DNA of 64,000 bases from Sulfuricellaceae bacterium (GCA_050177075.1 JBFXHL010000002.1:808-64807), one strand, 5' to 3'; numbered from the stretch's first letter, positions 1-10,492 are shown. Translations and numbers: made by a program. Notes: generated by a model from the sequence alone, not told the origin.

Positions 1-2
1 CC

Positions 3-164
3 CGGGGGCTACGCTCCATCATCGAGCATGCCCTGCTGGACACCATGTACGACCTGCCGTCCCTGGCCAACGTGACCAAGGTGGTGGTGGACGAGAACAC
101 CATCAACAATGGCCATCCCCTGCTGATCTACGCCGATCAGCCCATGGCTGCCGATTCGGCGTGA
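3..164 (+). CDS. clpX: ATP-dependent Clp protease ATP-binding subunit ClpX, C-terminal fragment (5' end outside window)
   Basis: Frame 3 reads [53 protein letters not shown]-stop, a typical ClpX C-terminus. It lies directly upstream of lon, as in the conserved clpX-lon arrangement. Confidence 0.8.
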   Translation, partial: RGLRSIIEHALLDTMYDLPSLANVTKVVVDENTINNGHPLLIYADQPMAADSA

Positions 165-179
165 GCGTGACGGCCGGGG

Positions 180-207
180 CTTGAAATCCCCGGCCCCGCC
201 CCCATTC
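180..207 (+). promoter_or_regulatory. Candidate sigma-32 (heat-shock) promoter for lon
   Basis: CTTGAAA (180-186), 13-nt spacer, CCCCATTC (200-207), against the consensus CTTGAAA-N13/14-CCCCATNT. It sits about 36 nt upstream of the lon ATG. The -35 lies in the loop of a GGCCGGGG/CCCCGGCC hairpin (172-195). Confidence 0.55.
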
Positions 208-242
208 TCGTAATACTTGAGCAAAATATAAGGTAAATCGAT

Positions 243-2666
243 ATGACCACTTCTAAGTATCCCGAGGCCGGCGGCGAACCGACTACCCTCCCCCTGCTGC
301 CCCTACGGGACGTAGTGGTATTCCCACACATGGTCATCCCCCTCTTCGTGGGGCGGCCGAAATCCATCAAGGCCCTGGAAGCCGCCATGGAGTCCGGCAA
401 GCATATCCTGCTGGTGGCGCAGAAATCCGCCGCCAAGGACGAGCCGGCCCTGGAGGATCTTTACGACGTGGGCAGCGTTTCCACCGTCTTGCAGATGCTC
501 AAGCTTCCCGACGGCACGGTGAAGGTGCTGGTGGAAGGCGAATATCGCGCCCAGGTGAGCCAAGTTTCCGATCTCAAGACCCATTTCATGGCCGAGGCGG
601 TGGCCGTTTCTCCCGACCAAGTGGAGGACCACGAGGTCGAGGCCCTCATGCGCAGCCTGTTCGCGCAGTTCGACCAGTACGTCAAGTTGAACAAGAAGAT
701 TCCCCCGGAAATCCTGACCTCCCTCGCCAGCATCGATGAGGCCGGCCGCCTGGCGGATACCATCGCCGCCCATCTGCCCCTCAAGCTGGAACAGAAGCAG
801 AAGGTGCTGGAGATGTTCCCGGTGCGGGAGCGCATGGAGCATCTGCTGGGCCTGCTGGAAGCGGAAATCGACATCCTTCAGGTGGAAAAGCGCATCCGCA
901 GCCGCGTCAAGCGCCAGATGGAGAAGAGCCAGCGGGAGTACTACCTCAACGAGCAGGTCAAGGCGATCCAGAAAGAGCTGGGCGAGATGGAAGAGGGCGC
1001 TGACCTGGACGAACTGGACAAGCGCATCAAGGAAGCGCAGATGTCCAAGGAGGCCACCGCCAAGGCCGAATCCGAGCTGAAGAAGTTGCGCATGATGTCG
1101 CCCATGTCGGCGGAGGCAACCGTGGTGCGCACCTACATCGAAACGCTGACCAATCTGCCGTGGAAGAAAAAAACCAAGATCAGCAAGGATCTGAAAAAAG
1201 CCGAGGCGATTCTGGAGAAGGACCACTACGGCCTGGAGAAGGTCAAGGAACGCATCGTCGAGTATTTGGCGGTACAGCAGCGAGTGGACAAGCTGAAGGC
1301 GCCGATTCTTTGCCTGGTCGGGCCTCCCGGCGTGGGAAAGACCTCGCTGGGCCAGTCCATCGCCAAATCCACCAATCGCAAATTCATCCGCATGGCCCTG
1401 GGGGGCGTGCGTGACGAGGCCGAGATTCGCGGCCACCGCCGTACCTATATCGGCTCCATGCCGGGCAAGGTGTTGCAGAGCATGACCAAGGTCGCTGTCC
1501 GCAATCCCCTGTTCCTTCTCGACGAGGTGGACAAGATGGGCATGGACTTCCGTGGCGACCCCTCGTCGGCGCTGTTGGAGGTGCTGGACCCGGAGCAGAA
1601 CCATACCTTCGTCGACCATTATGTGGAAGTGGAATACGACCTCTCCGACGTAATGTTCGTCGCCACCGCCAATACCCTTAACATCCCGGCGCCCCTGCTG
1701 GACCGGATGGAGGTGATCCGTCTTTCCGGCTACACGGAAGACGAGAAGGTCAATATCGCCATGCGCTATCTGCTGCCCAAGCAGATGAAGACCCACGGCC
1801 TCAAGCCTACGGAACTCAATGTCAGCGAGGGCGCCATCCGTGACGTCATCCGCTACTACACCCGGGAAGCCGGCGTGCGCAGCCTGGAACGGGAAGTGGC
1901 GAAAATCTGCCGCAAGGTGGTAAAAAGCCTGCTGACGCGCCGTAGCGAAAGGCGCATCAGCGTTACCCCCCGCAACCTGGAAAAATACCTGGGCGTGCGG
2001 CGTTACAGCTACGGCATGGCGGAGAAAAACAACCAGGTGGGCCAGGTTACCGGCTTGGCCTGGACCGAGGTGGGCGGGGAACTGCTCACCATCGAGAGCG
2101 TGGTCCTGCCCGGCAAGGGAAAGATGATGACCACCGGCAAGCTGGGCGAGGTCATGCAGGAATCCATCCAGGCGGCGCTCTCCGTGGTGCGCGCCCGTTC
2201 CACCAAGCTGGGAATCGCCGAGGACTTCTACCAGAAGAACGACATCCACATTCACCTTCCCGAGGGCGCCACCCCCAAGGATGGGCCGAGCGCGGGCATC
2301 GCCATCTGCACCGCCATGGTGTCGGTGCTGACCAACATCCCCGTGAGGGCCGATGTGGCCATGACCGGCGAGATCACCTTGCGGGGCGAGGTGCTGCCCA
2401 TCGGCGGGTTGAAGGAAAAGCTGCTGGCCGCGCACCGTGGCGGTATCAAGACGGTGCTGATTCCAACGGAGAACGTCAAGGACCTGGCCGAGATTCCGGA
2501 CAACATCAAAAACAAGCTCGACATCCACCCGGTGAAATGGGTCGAAGAGGTGCTGGAAATGGCGCTGGAGCGCAAACCTGAGCCCCTGAAGGCGGAAAGC
2601 GGCGCTGACGCCACACCTCCGGGGACAGATGAAGCAATTTCTAATGCAAATGTCATAACCCACTGA
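243..2666 (+). CDS. lon: ATP-dependent protease Lon (La)
   Basis: 807-aa ORF with an N-terminal LON domain ([23 protein letters not shown]), Walker [10 protein letters not shown] and a C-terminal protease motif (DGPSAGIA). Confidence 0.97.
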   Translation: MTTSKYPEAGGEPTTLPLLPLRDVVVFPHMVIPLFVGRPKSIKALEAAMESGKHILLVAQKSAAKDEPALEDLYDVGSVSTVLQMLKLPDGTVKVLVEGEYRAQVSQVSDLKTHFMAEAVAVSPDQVEDHEVEALMRSLFAQFDQYVKLNKKIPPEILTSLASIDEAGRLADTIAAHLPLKLEQKQKVLEMFPVRERMEHLLGLLEAEIDILQVEKRIRSRVKRQMEKSQREYYLNEQVKAIQKELGEMEEGADLDELDKRIKEAQMSKEATAKAESELKKLRMMSPMSAEATVVRTYIETLTNLPWKKKTKISKDLKKAEAILEKDHYGLEKVKERIVEYLAVQQRVDKLKAPILCLVGPPGVGKTSLGQSIAKSTNRKFIRMALGGVRDEAEIRGHRRTYIGSMPGKVLQSMTKVAVRNPLFLLDEVDKMGMDFRGDPSSALLEVLDPEQNHTFVDHYVEVEYDLSDVMFVATANTLNIPAPLLDRMEVIRLSGYTEDEKVNIAMRYLLPKQMKTHGLKPTELNVSEGAIRDVIRYYTREAGVRSLEREVAKICRKVVKSLLTRRSERRISVTPRNLEKYLGVRRYSYGMAEKNNQVGQVTGLAWTEVGGELLTIESVVLPGKGKMMTTGKLGEVMQESIQAALSVVRARSTKLGIAEDFYQKNDIHIHLPEGATPKDGPSAGIAICTAMVSVLTNIPVRADVAMTGEITLRGEVLPIGGLKEKLLAAHRGGIKTVLIPTENVKDLAEIPDNIKNKLDIHPVKWVEEVLEMALERKPEPLKAESGADATPPGTDEAISNANVITH

Positions 2667-2707
2667 GCGGCTACGATTTTTTGTAGTGACAAATGCGGAA
2701 GTCCAAG

Positions 2708-2737
2708 CGGGGCGGTGCAAACCGCCCCGTTTTTTTG
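2708..2737 (+). terminator. Rho-independent terminator after lon
   Basis: GGGGCGGT-GCAA-ACCGCCCC stem-loop followed by a T7 run. Confidence 0.8.
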
Positions 2738-2747
2738 CTGAAACCGC

Positions 2748-2777
2748 TTGACACAAGGATTTCGGGATTGTTATAAA
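2748..2777 (+). promoter_or_regulatory. Candidate sigma-70 promoter for hupB
   Basis: TTGACA (2748-2753), 17-18 nt spacer, TTATAA/TATAAA (2771-2777), about 50 nt upstream of the hupB start. Confidence 0.5.
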
Positions 2778-2827
2778 GCGTGTGCAGGGTTCGTTTCAAC
2801 CTTTGACCAACGAGAAAGGGGAATTAC

Positions 2828-3100
2828 GTGAACAAGTCTGAGCTGATTGATCAAATCGCCAAATCCGCCGATATGTCCAAAGCCGCCGCAACCCGTGCTC
2901 TGGATGCCGCCGTCAAGGCCGTGCAGGGCGCCCTGAAGAAGGGTGACATGGTTACCCTGGTGGGCTTCGGCACTTTCTATGTCGGCAAGCGTGCTGCCCG
3001 TAACGGCCGCAACCCCCGTACCGGCGCCACCATCAAGATCAAGGCCGCCAAGGTGCCGAAGTTCCGTGCTGGTAAAGCACTGAAGGATGCGGTAAACTAA
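2828..3100 (+). CDS. hupB: DNA-binding protein HU (beta-like)
   Basis: 90-aa ORF with a GTG start: [11 protein letters not shown]...[26 protein letters not shown], the HU/IHF fold signature. RBS GAAAGGGG lies upstream. Confidence 0.93.
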   Translation: MNKSELIDQIAKSADMSKAAATRALDAAVKAVQGALKKGDMVTLVGFGTFYVGKRAARNGRNPRTGATIKIKAAKVPKFRAGKALKDAVN

Positions 3101-3110
3101 GCATCTTTCT

Positions 3111-3186
3111 GGGTGCTTAGCTCAGTTGGTAGAGCGTCGCCCTTACAAGGCGAATGTCGGCGGTTCGACCCCGTCAGCACCCACCA
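3111..3186 (+). tRNA. tRNA-Val (anticodon TAC)
   Basis: 76 nt: GGGTGCTTAGCTCAGTTGGTAGAGC ... anticodon loop CTTACAA ... GGTTCGACCCC ... CACCCACCA. Cloverleaf with an encoded CCA end. Confidence 0.95.
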
Positions 3187-3198
3187 GCAGGTTAGTTA

Positions 3199-3275
3199 GG
3201 AGTGGTAGTTCAGTCGGTTAGAATACCGGCCTGTCACGCCGGGGGTCGCGGGTTCGAGTCCCGTCCACTCCGCCA
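3199..3275 (+). tRNA. tRNA-Asp (anticodon GTC)
   Basis: 77 nt: GGAGTGGTAGTTCAGTCGGTTAGAATACC ... CCTGTCACG ... GGGTTCGAGTCCCG ... CTCCGCCA. Confidence 0.95.
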
Positions 3276-3279
3276 GTAC

Positions 3280-3306
3280 AAGGGCGAACCTAGTTCGCCC
3301 TTTTTT
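3280..3306 (+). terminator. Rho-independent terminator after the tRNA pair
   Basis: AGGGCGAAC-CTAG-TTCGCCCT stem-loop followed by TTTTTT. Confidence 0.75.
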
Positions 3307-3346
3307 ACTTTACGGCCGTCGGCCAACCAACCGCGAAGTCATCGCT

Positions 3347-5230
3347 ATGCTCGAAGCCATCCGTGAGCGCGCCCAGAGCTGGGTCGCCAAACTTATTCTC
3401 GCCCTGATCGCCGTTCCTTTCGCCCTCTGGGGAGTCGATTCCTATATCCGCCATGCCGGAGATACCGCGGTCGTGGCGACGGTCGGCAAACAGGATATCA
3501 CTCTGCAGGAATTCAGCCGCATGCTGCGGGAGCAGCAGCAGCGCATGGGCAGCCAAGCGGACACGCCGGAAGTGCGGCAGGCGCTTCTGGATGCCATGAT
3601 CCACCAGCGGTTGCTGGTGCAGCAGGCCTCTGCCGCTGGCGTGGCGGTGCCGGAGGGGTTTATCGACGGCATCATCGCAGGCGTTCCGGCGTTTCAGGAA
3701 GGCGGACGTTTTTCCCAGACTAAGTTCGAAGAGTGGGTGCGCCAACAGGGGATGACGCCGCAGATTTTCAAGAATCGTCTGCGCGACGACCTGCTGGTGC
3801 AGCAACTGGAGAGCGGTTTCCTGGATACGGTTTCGGCCCCCAGGGCGGTGCTGGACAACATCATTCAGGTCAACGAGCAGCAGCGCGCGCTGAGCCAAGC
3901 CGTGGTGGGAGCCGACCGTTTCCTGGCCGCCATCAAGCCGGATCCCGATGGGGCCAAGGACTATTACGACAAACATCCCGACGAGTTCCGCATTCCCGAG
4001 CGGGTGAAGCTGGAGCTGGTGGTGTTGTCGCAGAACGATCTGATGCAACAGGTCACGGTAAGCGAGGATGAGGCGAAGCAGTACTACACGAGCCATGCCG
4101 CGCAATACCAGTCGCCAGAGGAGCGTCGCGCCAGCCATATTTTGATCGCCGTGTCGCCCAAGGCCACCGACGCCGAGCGCAAGGCGGCGGAACAGAAGGC
4201 GCAGCAGCTTGCCGCGGAAGCGAAAAAGAATCCCGCCTCCTTCCCTGAGCTGGCGAAAAAGAATTCCCAGGACCCCGGTTCCGCCGAGAAAGGCGGCGAC
4301 CTGGGATTCTTCGGTCGCGGGATGATGGTGAAGCCCTTCGAGGACGCGGTATTCGCCATGAAGGCGGGGGATATCAGCGGTCCCGTGAAGTCCGACTTCG
4401 GCTACCACGTCATTCGCCTGACGGAAGTGAGGGCCGCCAAGGCGCGTCCTTTCGAAGCGGTGCGCGGGGAAATCGAAATGGAATTGCGTAAGCAGAAGGC
4501 ATCGCGCAAATTCGCCGAGGTGGCGGATACCTTCGGCAATACCGTCTACGAGCAGTCCGACAGCCTGAAGCCCGCCGCCGATGCGCTGAAGCTGAAAGTC
4601 CAGACCACCGACTGGCTCAGCAAGGACGGGCCTTTCCCCTTCAATAGCGACAAGTTGCGCCAGGCGGTGTTCAGCGACGACGTGCTGAAAAACAAGCGCA
4701 ACACCGATGCGGTGGAAGTGGCGCCCAATACCCTGGCGGCTGCCCGGGTCGCGGATTATCAGGCCGCTGCCATGCGCCCCTTCGCCGAGGTGAAGGATGC
4801 CCTGATTCAGCGCTTGAGGCAGGAGCAGGCGGTGGCGATGGCGGTCAAGCAGGGCAAGGAGTGGTTGGCCCTGCTCCGGCAGGGCAAGGCCGTGGAAGGC
4901 TTGTCATGGAGCAATGCCGCCGACGCCTCGCGCTTGAAGCATCCCGAGGGTTACAGCGTGCCGGTGCTGCAGGAGGCATTCAAGGCCGACGTGCGCAAGC
5001 TGCCGGCCTATGCCGGGGCGGAAGAACCCGGCAAGGGCTTCGTCCTGGTCAAAGTCAGCGGCGTCAAGGATGTCGCGGCCATTGACGACAACCGCCGTCG
5101 CGCTTATGGGGCTCAGCTCAACGCCATGCTGGCGCGGGAGTATGCCCATGCCTTCCTGAGCAGCCTGAAGGAGCAGATCAAGGTGACGATCAAGAAGGAA
5201 AATCTGGAGAAGAGCGGCCAGGCCGGTTGA
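3347..5230 (+). CDS. ppiD: Periplasmic chaperone / peptidyl-prolyl isomerase PpiD
   Basis: 627 aa. N-terminal membrane anchor (WVAKLILALIAVPFALWG) and a parvulin-type PPIase segment (ASHILI...GGDLGFFGRGMMVKPFEDAVF...SDFGYHVI). Conserved position after hupB and the tRNAs. Confidence 0.9.
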   Translation: MLEAIRERAQSWVAKLILALIAVPFALWGVDSYIRHAGDTAVVATVGKQDITLQEFSRMLREQQQRMGSQADTPEVRQALLDAMIHQRLLVQQASAAGVAVPEGFIDGIIAGVPAFQEGGRFSQTKFEEWVRQQGMTPQIFKNRLRDDLLVQQLESGFLDTVSAPRAVLDNIIQVNEQQRALSQAVVGADRFLAAIKPDPDGAKDYYDKHPDEFRIPERVKLELVVLSQNDLMQQVTVSEDEAKQYYTSHAAQYQSPEERRASHILIAVSPKATDAERKAAEQKAQQLAAEAKKNPASFPELAKKNSQDPGSAEKGGDLGFFGRGMMVKPFEDAVFAMKAGDISGPVKSDFGYHVIRLTEVRAAKARPFEAVRGEIEMELRKQKASRKFAEVADTFGNTVYEQSDSLKPAADALKLKVQTTDWLSKDGPFPFNSDKLRQAVFSDDVLKNKRNTDAVEVAPNTLAAARVADYQAAAMRPFAEVKDALIQRLRQEQAVAMAVKQGKEWLALLRQGKAVEGLSWSNAADASRLKHPEGYSVPVLQEAFKADVRKLPAYAGAEEPGKGFVLVKVSGVKDVAAIDDNRRRAYGAQLNAMLAREYAHAFLSSLKEQIKVTIKKENLEKSGQAG

Positions 5231-5252
5231 TAGCTGGCTTGGAGGACGGCAG

Positions 5253-5282
5253 CCGCCCGCCTTGCGCGGGCGGTTTTGTTTT
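5253..5282 (+). terminator. Rho-independent terminator after ppiD
   Basis: CCGCCCGC-CTTGC-GCGGGCGG stem-loop followed by TTTTGTTTT. It lies between convergent ppiD and cheB. Confidence 0.75.
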
Positions 5283-5293
5283 GGGGGAAACGT

Positions 5294-6370
5294 TTAAACC
5301 CGGAAAGCCCGCGTACCCAGGGAGGCGAGGTAGTCCAAGACGCGCTTGGCCATATCCTGCAGGGGCACGATCTCATCCACTCCACCCATGGCGATGGCCT
5401 CCTTGGGCATGCCGAAAACCACGCAGCTCGCCTCGTCCTGGGCGAAGGTGTAGGCGCCGGCCTTTTTCATTTCCAGCATTCCGGCGGCGCCATCCTTGCC
5501 CATGCCGGTGAGGATGACGCCGATGGCGTTCTGGCCGGCATAGTTGGCGGCGGAACGGAACAGAACGTCGACGGAGGGCCGATGGCGGTTTACCGGCGGT
5601 CCCTGGTTCAGTTCGCATATATAGTTGGCGCCGCTGCGCTTCAGCAGCAAGTGGGAATGGCCGGGGGCGATATAGGCATGGCCGGGAAGGACCCGCTCGC
5701 CGTCCGCCGCTTCCTTGACGGTGATCTTGCACAGGCCGTCGAGACGCTTGGCGAAGGCATTGGTGAAGGCTTCCGGCATGTGCTGGGTGATCAGGATGCC
5801 GGGGCAGTCCGGGGGCAGTTTGACCAGTACGTCCTTGATCGCCTCGGTGCCCCCGGTGGAGGCGCCGATGATAATGAGTTTCTCGGTGGAGGTGATGCGG
5901 TTGGAGACGGCGGGCAGTACGGCGTCGGCGGTGTAGCGCTGCTCGACCTTGATGGCCGGGAGCGCCTTGATCCGTGCCCTGGCGGCGGTGCGAATCTTGT
6001 CCGTGATCTCCGTCGTGTATTCCTGCAGGCCGCGGGAAATGTCCAGCTTCGGCTTGGTGACGAAATCCACCGCGCCCAACTCCAAGGCGCGCAAGGTGAT
6101 GTCCGATCCCCTTTCGGTCAGGGAGGAGACCATGACCACCGGCATCGGGCGCAGACGCATGAGTTTTTCCAGGAAATCCAGCCCGTCCATCTTGGGCATT
6201 TCCACATCCAGGGTGATCACATCCGGATTGAGTTTCTTGATCTGTTCCCGCGCCACAAGCGGGTCGGGAGCGGTGCCCACCACCTTCATGTCGGGCTGCG
6301 AGTTGATGATCTCGGAGAGCATCTGGCGAACCAGGGCGGAATCGTCAACGACCAATACTTTTATCGGCAT
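5294..6370 (-). CDS. cheB: Chemotaxis response regulator protein-glutamate methylesterase CheB
   Basis: 358 aa. REC domain ([16 protein letters not shown]...[10 protein letters not shown]) plus a methylesterase domain (IIIGASTGG...GMGKDGA). Confidence 0.95.
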   Translation of the reverse strand: MPIKVLVVDDSALVRQMLSEIINSQPDMKVVGTAPDPLVAREQIKKLNPDVITLDVEMPKMDGLDFLEKLMRLRPMPVVMVSSLTERGSDITLRALELGAVDFVTKPKLDISRGLQEYTTEITDKIRTAARARIKALPAIKVEQRYTADAVLPAVSNRITSTEKLIIIGASTGGTEAIKDVLVKLPPDCPGILITQHMPEAFTNAFAKRLDGLCKITVKEAADGERVLPGHAYIAPGHSHLLLKRSGANYICELNQGPPVNRHRPSVDVLFRSAANYAGQNAIGVILTGMGKDGAAGMLEMKKAGAYTFAQDEASCVVFGMPKEAIAMGGVDEIVPLQDMAKRVLDYLASLGTRAFRV

Positions 6371-6388
6371 GGTTTGAAACTCGTGTTC

Positions 6389-7000
6389 TCAGAACAGTTC
6401 TACATCCCCGGCGATGGGGGTGACTTGCAGCCGGGAGCTGTATTCCTTCTCGCGCTCGAAGATGGTGTTGTTGTGGATATTGCGCAGGCGCTTGATGAGC
6501 ACCTTGCCGGTTTTGGGAAAAAAATAGACCTTGCGCGGGTAGATGCCCACCAAATCTTGGGCCACCACCCGGATTTTCTCCGTCTTCAAATATTCCAGGG
6601 CGAAATGGGCGTTGCGCTCGCCGATGTTGTGCACCGTAAAATGCCGCATCACGTTGCCGCCGCCGAACACCTTGGCCTCCAGGTTGGGGCGCTTGGCGCC
6701 GAGCTTGATTAGCTGGTTGATCAACACTTCCATGGCGTAGGTGCCATAGCGGGCGGAACTGCTGAGGGGGTCGCCATTTTCTGTGCCGCTTTCGGGGAGC
6801 ATGAAATGGTTCATGCCGCCGATGCCGGAGACGCGGTCGCGGATGCAGGCCGAGACGCAGGAGCCGAGCACGGTGACGATCAGCATGTCCCGTCGGGTGA
6901 CGTAGTATTCGCCGGGCAGTATTTTGGCCGCCTCGATGTCGAACTGGCGGTCGTAGTATTGGTTGGGAGCAAGGTGCTCCTCGAAGGCATGCTCAACCAT
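6389..7000 (-). CDS. cheD: Chemoreceptor glutamine deamidase CheD
   Basis: 203 aa with the CheD-family sequence (ILPGEYYVT...TVLGSCVSACIRD...GGMNHFMLP...KVFGGGN). Overlaps the cheR end by 8 nt. Confidence 0.9.
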   Translation of the reverse strand: MVEHAFEEHLAPNQYYDRQFDIEAAKILPGEYYVTRRDMLIVTVLGSCVSACIRDRVSGIGGMNHFMLPESGTENGDPLSSSARYGTYAMEVLINQLIKLGAKRPNLEAKVFGGGNVMRHFTVHNIGERNAHFALEYLKTEKIRVVAQDLVGIYPRKVYFFPKTGKVLIKRLRNIHNNTIFEREKEYSSRLQVTPIAGDVELF

Positions 7001-7853
7001 GGCGCAGCGTCCCTGTCACTGCGCGGGGTTTGGTCAGTTCGTAGACGGTCTGCCCACGGGGGCGGAAGATATCGGTGGCGTGGCCGAAGCTTTCCGAGTG
7101 GCCGGCAAAGAGCAGTCCTTCCGGCCGCAGCAGGGGGACGAACTTTTCCAGGATGCGGCGCTGGGTGGGCTTATCGAAATAGATCATCACGTTGCGGCAG
7201 AAGATGGCGTCGAAGGGGCCGCGAATCGGCCAGGCGCTGTCCAGCAGGTTGATCTGGCGGAAGGTGATCATGTTCCGCAGCTCCGGGCGAACCCGGGCAT
7301 AGCCCTCCTGGGCGCCGCTGCCCTTGAGGAAAAAGCGCTTGATCGTTTCCTGGGGGAGCTTCTGCAGGCGTTCCATGGGATAGATGCCGGCCTCGGCCTT
7401 GGCCAGGACGTTGGTGTCCAGGTCCGAGGCGAGAATCTTTACCGGCGGCGTGAAGCTGCCGTACAGGTCGACCATGGTCATGGCCATGGAGTAGGGCTCT
7501 TCGCCGGTGGAAGCGGCGGAGCACCAGAGGGTTGCCGGGTGCTTGCCGAGGGCGTGTTGCCGGATGTGCTCGGCGAGGAGCGGAAAGTGGTGCTGCTCGC
7601 GGAAAAAGGAGGTCAGGTTGGTGGTGAGGGAGTTGACGAAGGACTCCCACTCTTTTTCGTCGCCGTTTTCCAGGCGCCGCAGGTAATCGGCGAAGGTGTG
7701 CAGGCCGGTGGCGCGCAGGCGGCGCGCCAAGCGGCTGTACACCATGTCGAACTTATGGGGGGCGAGGGAGATGCCGGCGTGTTCGTAAATCATTTTGCGG
7801 ATTTTCTCGAAATCCTGCATGGTGAAGTCGAATTCGCGGTCATCGGCGCTCAT
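6993..7853 (-). CDS. cheR: Chemotaxis protein methyltransferase CheR
   Basis: 286 aa. N-terminal helical domain (FDFTMQDFEKIRKMIYEHAGI) and a SAM-binding domain (LWCSAASTGEEPYS...IFCRNVMIYF). Confidence 0.95.
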   Translation of the reverse strand: MSADDREFDFTMQDFEKIRKMIYEHAGISLAPHKFDMVYSRLARRLRATGLHTFADYLRRLENGDEKEWESFVNSLTTNLTSFFREQHHFPLLAEHIRQHALGKHPATLWCSAASTGEEPYSMAMTMVDLYGSFTPPVKILASDLDTNVLAKAEAGIYPMERLQKLPQETIKRFFLKGSGAQEGYARVRPELRNMITFRQINLLDSAWPIRGPFDAIFCRNVMIYFDKPTQRRILEKFVPLLRPEGLLFAGHSESFGHATDIFRPRGQTVYELTKPRAVTGTLRHG

Positions 7854-7896
7854 GGTGATCTTTCCGAACAGAACTGCAATGCCGGCAACGGCAGCC

Positions 7897-10077
7897 TTAG
7901 CCGCCCTGGGACATCCTGACGAGGGAGCCGATGTCCAGGATCAGGGCCACCTTGCCGTCGCCCATGATGGTGGCACCGGATATCCCCGCGACTTTGCGGA
8001 AATTGGTCTCCAGACTCTTGATCACCACCTGGTGCTGGCCTTCCAGTTCGTCCACGAACAAGGCCACTTTCTTGCCCTCCGTTTCCACCAGCACTAGGAT
8101 GCCTTCCTCTGGCTGCGTGAATTTCGGCTCGATGCCGAACACCTCGTGGAGGGCCAACAGAGGGACGTATTCCCCCCGTACGTGCACCACCTTGCCGGTT
8201 TCGCCGGACATGGTCTTGATGTCGCCGGGCATGGGCTTGAGGGATTCGACGATGTAGGTGAGCGGGATGATATAGATTTCCCCGCCCACGGAGATGGACA
8301 TGCCGTCCAGGATGGCCAGGGTCAGCGGCAAGCGGATTACGATGCGCGTGCCGACGCCGAGGGTGGAATCGACCTCGACGCGCCCGCCCATGCCGTGGAC
8401 GATGTTTTTCTTCACCACGTCCATGCCTACGCCGCGGCCGGAAACGTCCGTCACTACCTCGGCGGTGGAGAAGCCGGGGGCGAAGATGAGCTGCCATACC
8501 TCCTGATCGAGGGCGGTGTCGCTGATGGGAATGCCCCGTTCCTTGGCCTTTGCGAGGATTTTTTCCCGGTTCATGCCGGCGCCGTCGTCGATGACCTCGA
8601 TCACGATGTTGCCGCCCTGGTGGGATGCGCGCAGGGTTACCGTGCCCTTGGCGGGTTTGCCGGCGGCGATGCGTTTTTCCGGCGTTTCGATGCCGTGGTC
8701 CAGGCTGTTGCGCACCAGGTGGGTGAGGGGGTCGGACAGTTTTTCGATCAACCCCTTGTCCAGTTCGGTGCCTTCGCCGATGGTTTTCAGTTCCACCTGC
8801 TTGCCGAGCTTGCCGCACAGATCGCGCACCACGCGGGGGAAGCGGCTGAAAACGAAGCTCATGGGCATCATGCGGATGGACATGACGCTTTCCTGCAAAT
8901 CGCGGGTATTGTGTTCCAGTTGGCTGAGGGCGCCCTGGATGGTTTCGTAGGCGACCGGGTCGATCTTGCCGGCGGTCTGGGCCAGCATGGCCTGGGTGAT
9001 GACCAGTTCCCCCACCAGGTTGATGAGGTGATCCACCTTCTCCACGCTGACGCGGATGGAGTTGGATTCCGACTGGGCGGAGACGGCAACCTTGTCGGTC
9101 TCGCGGCGTCCGGCCTTGACCGCTGACAGTGCCGGATTGTCCTCCGCCCGCCGGCCAGGATTTTGCGGCGTGCGGTGTTCTTCTGCGCTGGCTTCCGGCG
9201 CCGGGGCCGGGATATCGGTGAAGAAGCCGTAACCGTTTTCTTCTTCCTCCGCTTGCTTGCGCAGGGCGGTGACGTCGGTGAAGAAGCCGAAACCGTCGCC
9301 TTCCTCCCCTTCTTCGGCAGGTGTTTCCAGGGGGGCGAAGAAGCCGTAGCTGCCGTCCTCGGCATCTTGCGGCGGCGCGGCGGGCGCAGCGCCTTCGGCC
9401 TCGATGGCCAGTTCGCCTTCCTGAGCGACGAAGTCGAACAATTCGCGGATGGCGGCTTCGCCGGCTTCCGTGGTCAGGCGGAAGCGCCAAGCGGGGGGCT
9501 GGCCGGTGCCGTTTTCGAGAATTTCCAAGGTTCCCAGCTTGCCCAGTTCGGCGGCCAGGTTTTCCGTGTTGACGCCACGGCCGGCAAAGTCTGCGCCGGG
9601 GGTGAAGCGCACCAGGAAGGTGGCGGCGGCCGGGGCGGGGGCGGCACTGTCGCTGGCGGCGGGGGCCACGGGTTCTTCGGGGGATTCTTCGGCGCCGGTC
9701 AAGCGGCTCAGTTCGGCGGAAATGGCCTGGGCGGCGGCCGGGTCCACTTCGACGCCGTTCTGGTGCCCTTCCAGTTGCTCCCGCAGGACGTCGCCGGCCC
9801 GCAGAAAGACGTCGATCATCTCGCTGCGGAGGTGCAGTTCGTGGTTGCGGATGCGGTCGAGGAGGGACTCCAGGATATGGGTGACCCCGGTCATGTCGGT
9901 GAAACCGAAGGTGGCGCTGCCCCCCTTGATGGAATGGGCGGCGCGGAAGATGGCGTTGAGTTGCTCCTGGTCCGGGGAATCCACGTCCAGGGAGAGGAGC
10001 AGGTTCTCCATGTTGCCCAGATGTTCCGCGGCTTCCTCGAAGAACACCTGGTAGAACTGGCTCATATCGACGGTCAT
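7897..10077 (-). CDS. cheA: Chemotaxis histidine kinase CheA (Hpt-linker-dimerisation-HATPase-CheW-like P5)
   Basis: 726 aa. Hpt motif AAHSIKGGSATFG, HATPase boxes (HLVRNSLDHGIE, DDGAGM, GRGVGMDVV) and one C-terminal CheW-like domain. Confidence 0.95.
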   Translation of the reverse strand: MTVDMSQFYQVFFEEAAEHLGNMENLLLSLDVDSPDQEQLNAIFRAAHSIKGGSATFGFTDMTGVTHILESLLDRIRNHELHLRSEMIDVFLRAGDVLREQLEGHQNGVEVDPAAAQAISAELSRLTGAEESPEEPVAPAASDSAAPAPAAATFLVRFTPGADFAGRGVNTENLAAELGKLGTLEILENGTGQPPAWRFRLTTEAGEAAIRELFDFVAQEGELAIEAEGAAPAAPPQDAEDGSYGFFAPLETPAEEGEEGDGFGFFTDVTALRKQAEEEENGYGFFTDIPAPAPEASAEEHRTPQNPGRRAEDNPALSAVKAGRRETDKVAVSAQSESNSIRVSVEKVDHLINLVGELVITQAMLAQTAGKIDPVAYETIQGALSQLEHNTRDLQESVMSIRMMPMSFVFSRFPRVVRDLCGKLGKQVELKTIGEGTELDKGLIEKLSDPLTHLVRNSLDHGIETPEKRIAAGKPAKGTVTLRASHQGGNIVIEVIDDGAGMNREKILAKAKERGIPISDTALDQEVWQLIFAPGFSTAEVVTDVSGRGVGMDVVKKNIVHGMGGRVEVDSTLGVGTRIVIRLPLTLAILDGMSISVGGEIYIIPLTYIVESLKPMPGDIKTMSGETGKVVHVRGEYVPLLALHEVFGIEPKFTQPEEGILVLVETEGKKVALFVDELEGQHQVVIKSLETNFRKVAGISGATIMGDGKVALILDIGSLVRMSQGG

Positions 10078-10126
10078 GGCGATTGCTCTCTAAAAACGTG
10101 AGTGCCGAATCGGGGCGGAGTCGGAG

Positions 10127-10492
10127 TCAGCCAATAACTTTTTTGACGACTTCCAGCAGTTTTTGCGGATCGAAGGGCTTCACCAGCCACCCGGTGGCGC
10201 CGGCGGCACGGCCCTGGGCCTTCATGGCGTCGCTGGATTCGGTGGTGAGCATCAGGATCGGGACCATCTTGTACTGGGGCATGGCGCGGAGGGATTTGAT
10301 CAGTCCCAGGCCGTCCAGGCGGGGCATGTTCTGGTCGGAGAGGATAAGGTTGAATGCTTTCGTTTTCGCCTTTTGCAGGCCGTCTTCGCCATCCACGGCT
10401 TCAACCACTTCGTAGCCTGCTCCCTTGAGGGTGAAGGAAACCATCTGGCGGATGGAGGCGGAGTCGTCAACGGTGAGAATGGACTTTGGCAT
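10127..10492 (-). CDS. cheY: Single-domain chemotaxis response regulator CheY
   Basis: 121 aa: ILTVDDSASIRQM...ILSDQNMPRLDG...LVKPF. Canonical REC residues, directly upstream of cheA. Confidence 0.9.
   Translation of the reverse strand: MPKSILTVDDSASIRQMVSFTLKGAGYEVVEAVDGEDGLQKAKTKAFNLILSDQNMPRLDGLGLIKSLRAMPQYKMVPILMLTTESSDAMKAQGRAAGATGWLVKPFDPQKLLEVVKKVIG

Noticed and set aside
303-2756. 817-aa ORF antisense to lon
   Set aside because: It fully overlaps a high-confidence lon gene. The translation is Gly/Ala/Arg/His-rich low-complexity sequence typical of antisense frames in high-GC DNA, with no recognisable motif.
7850-9490. 546-aa Arg/Pro/Gly-rich ORF in an alternative frame inside cheA
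   Set aside because: It is an out-of-frame shadow of cheA. Its extreme RPG composition is a GC-content artefact.
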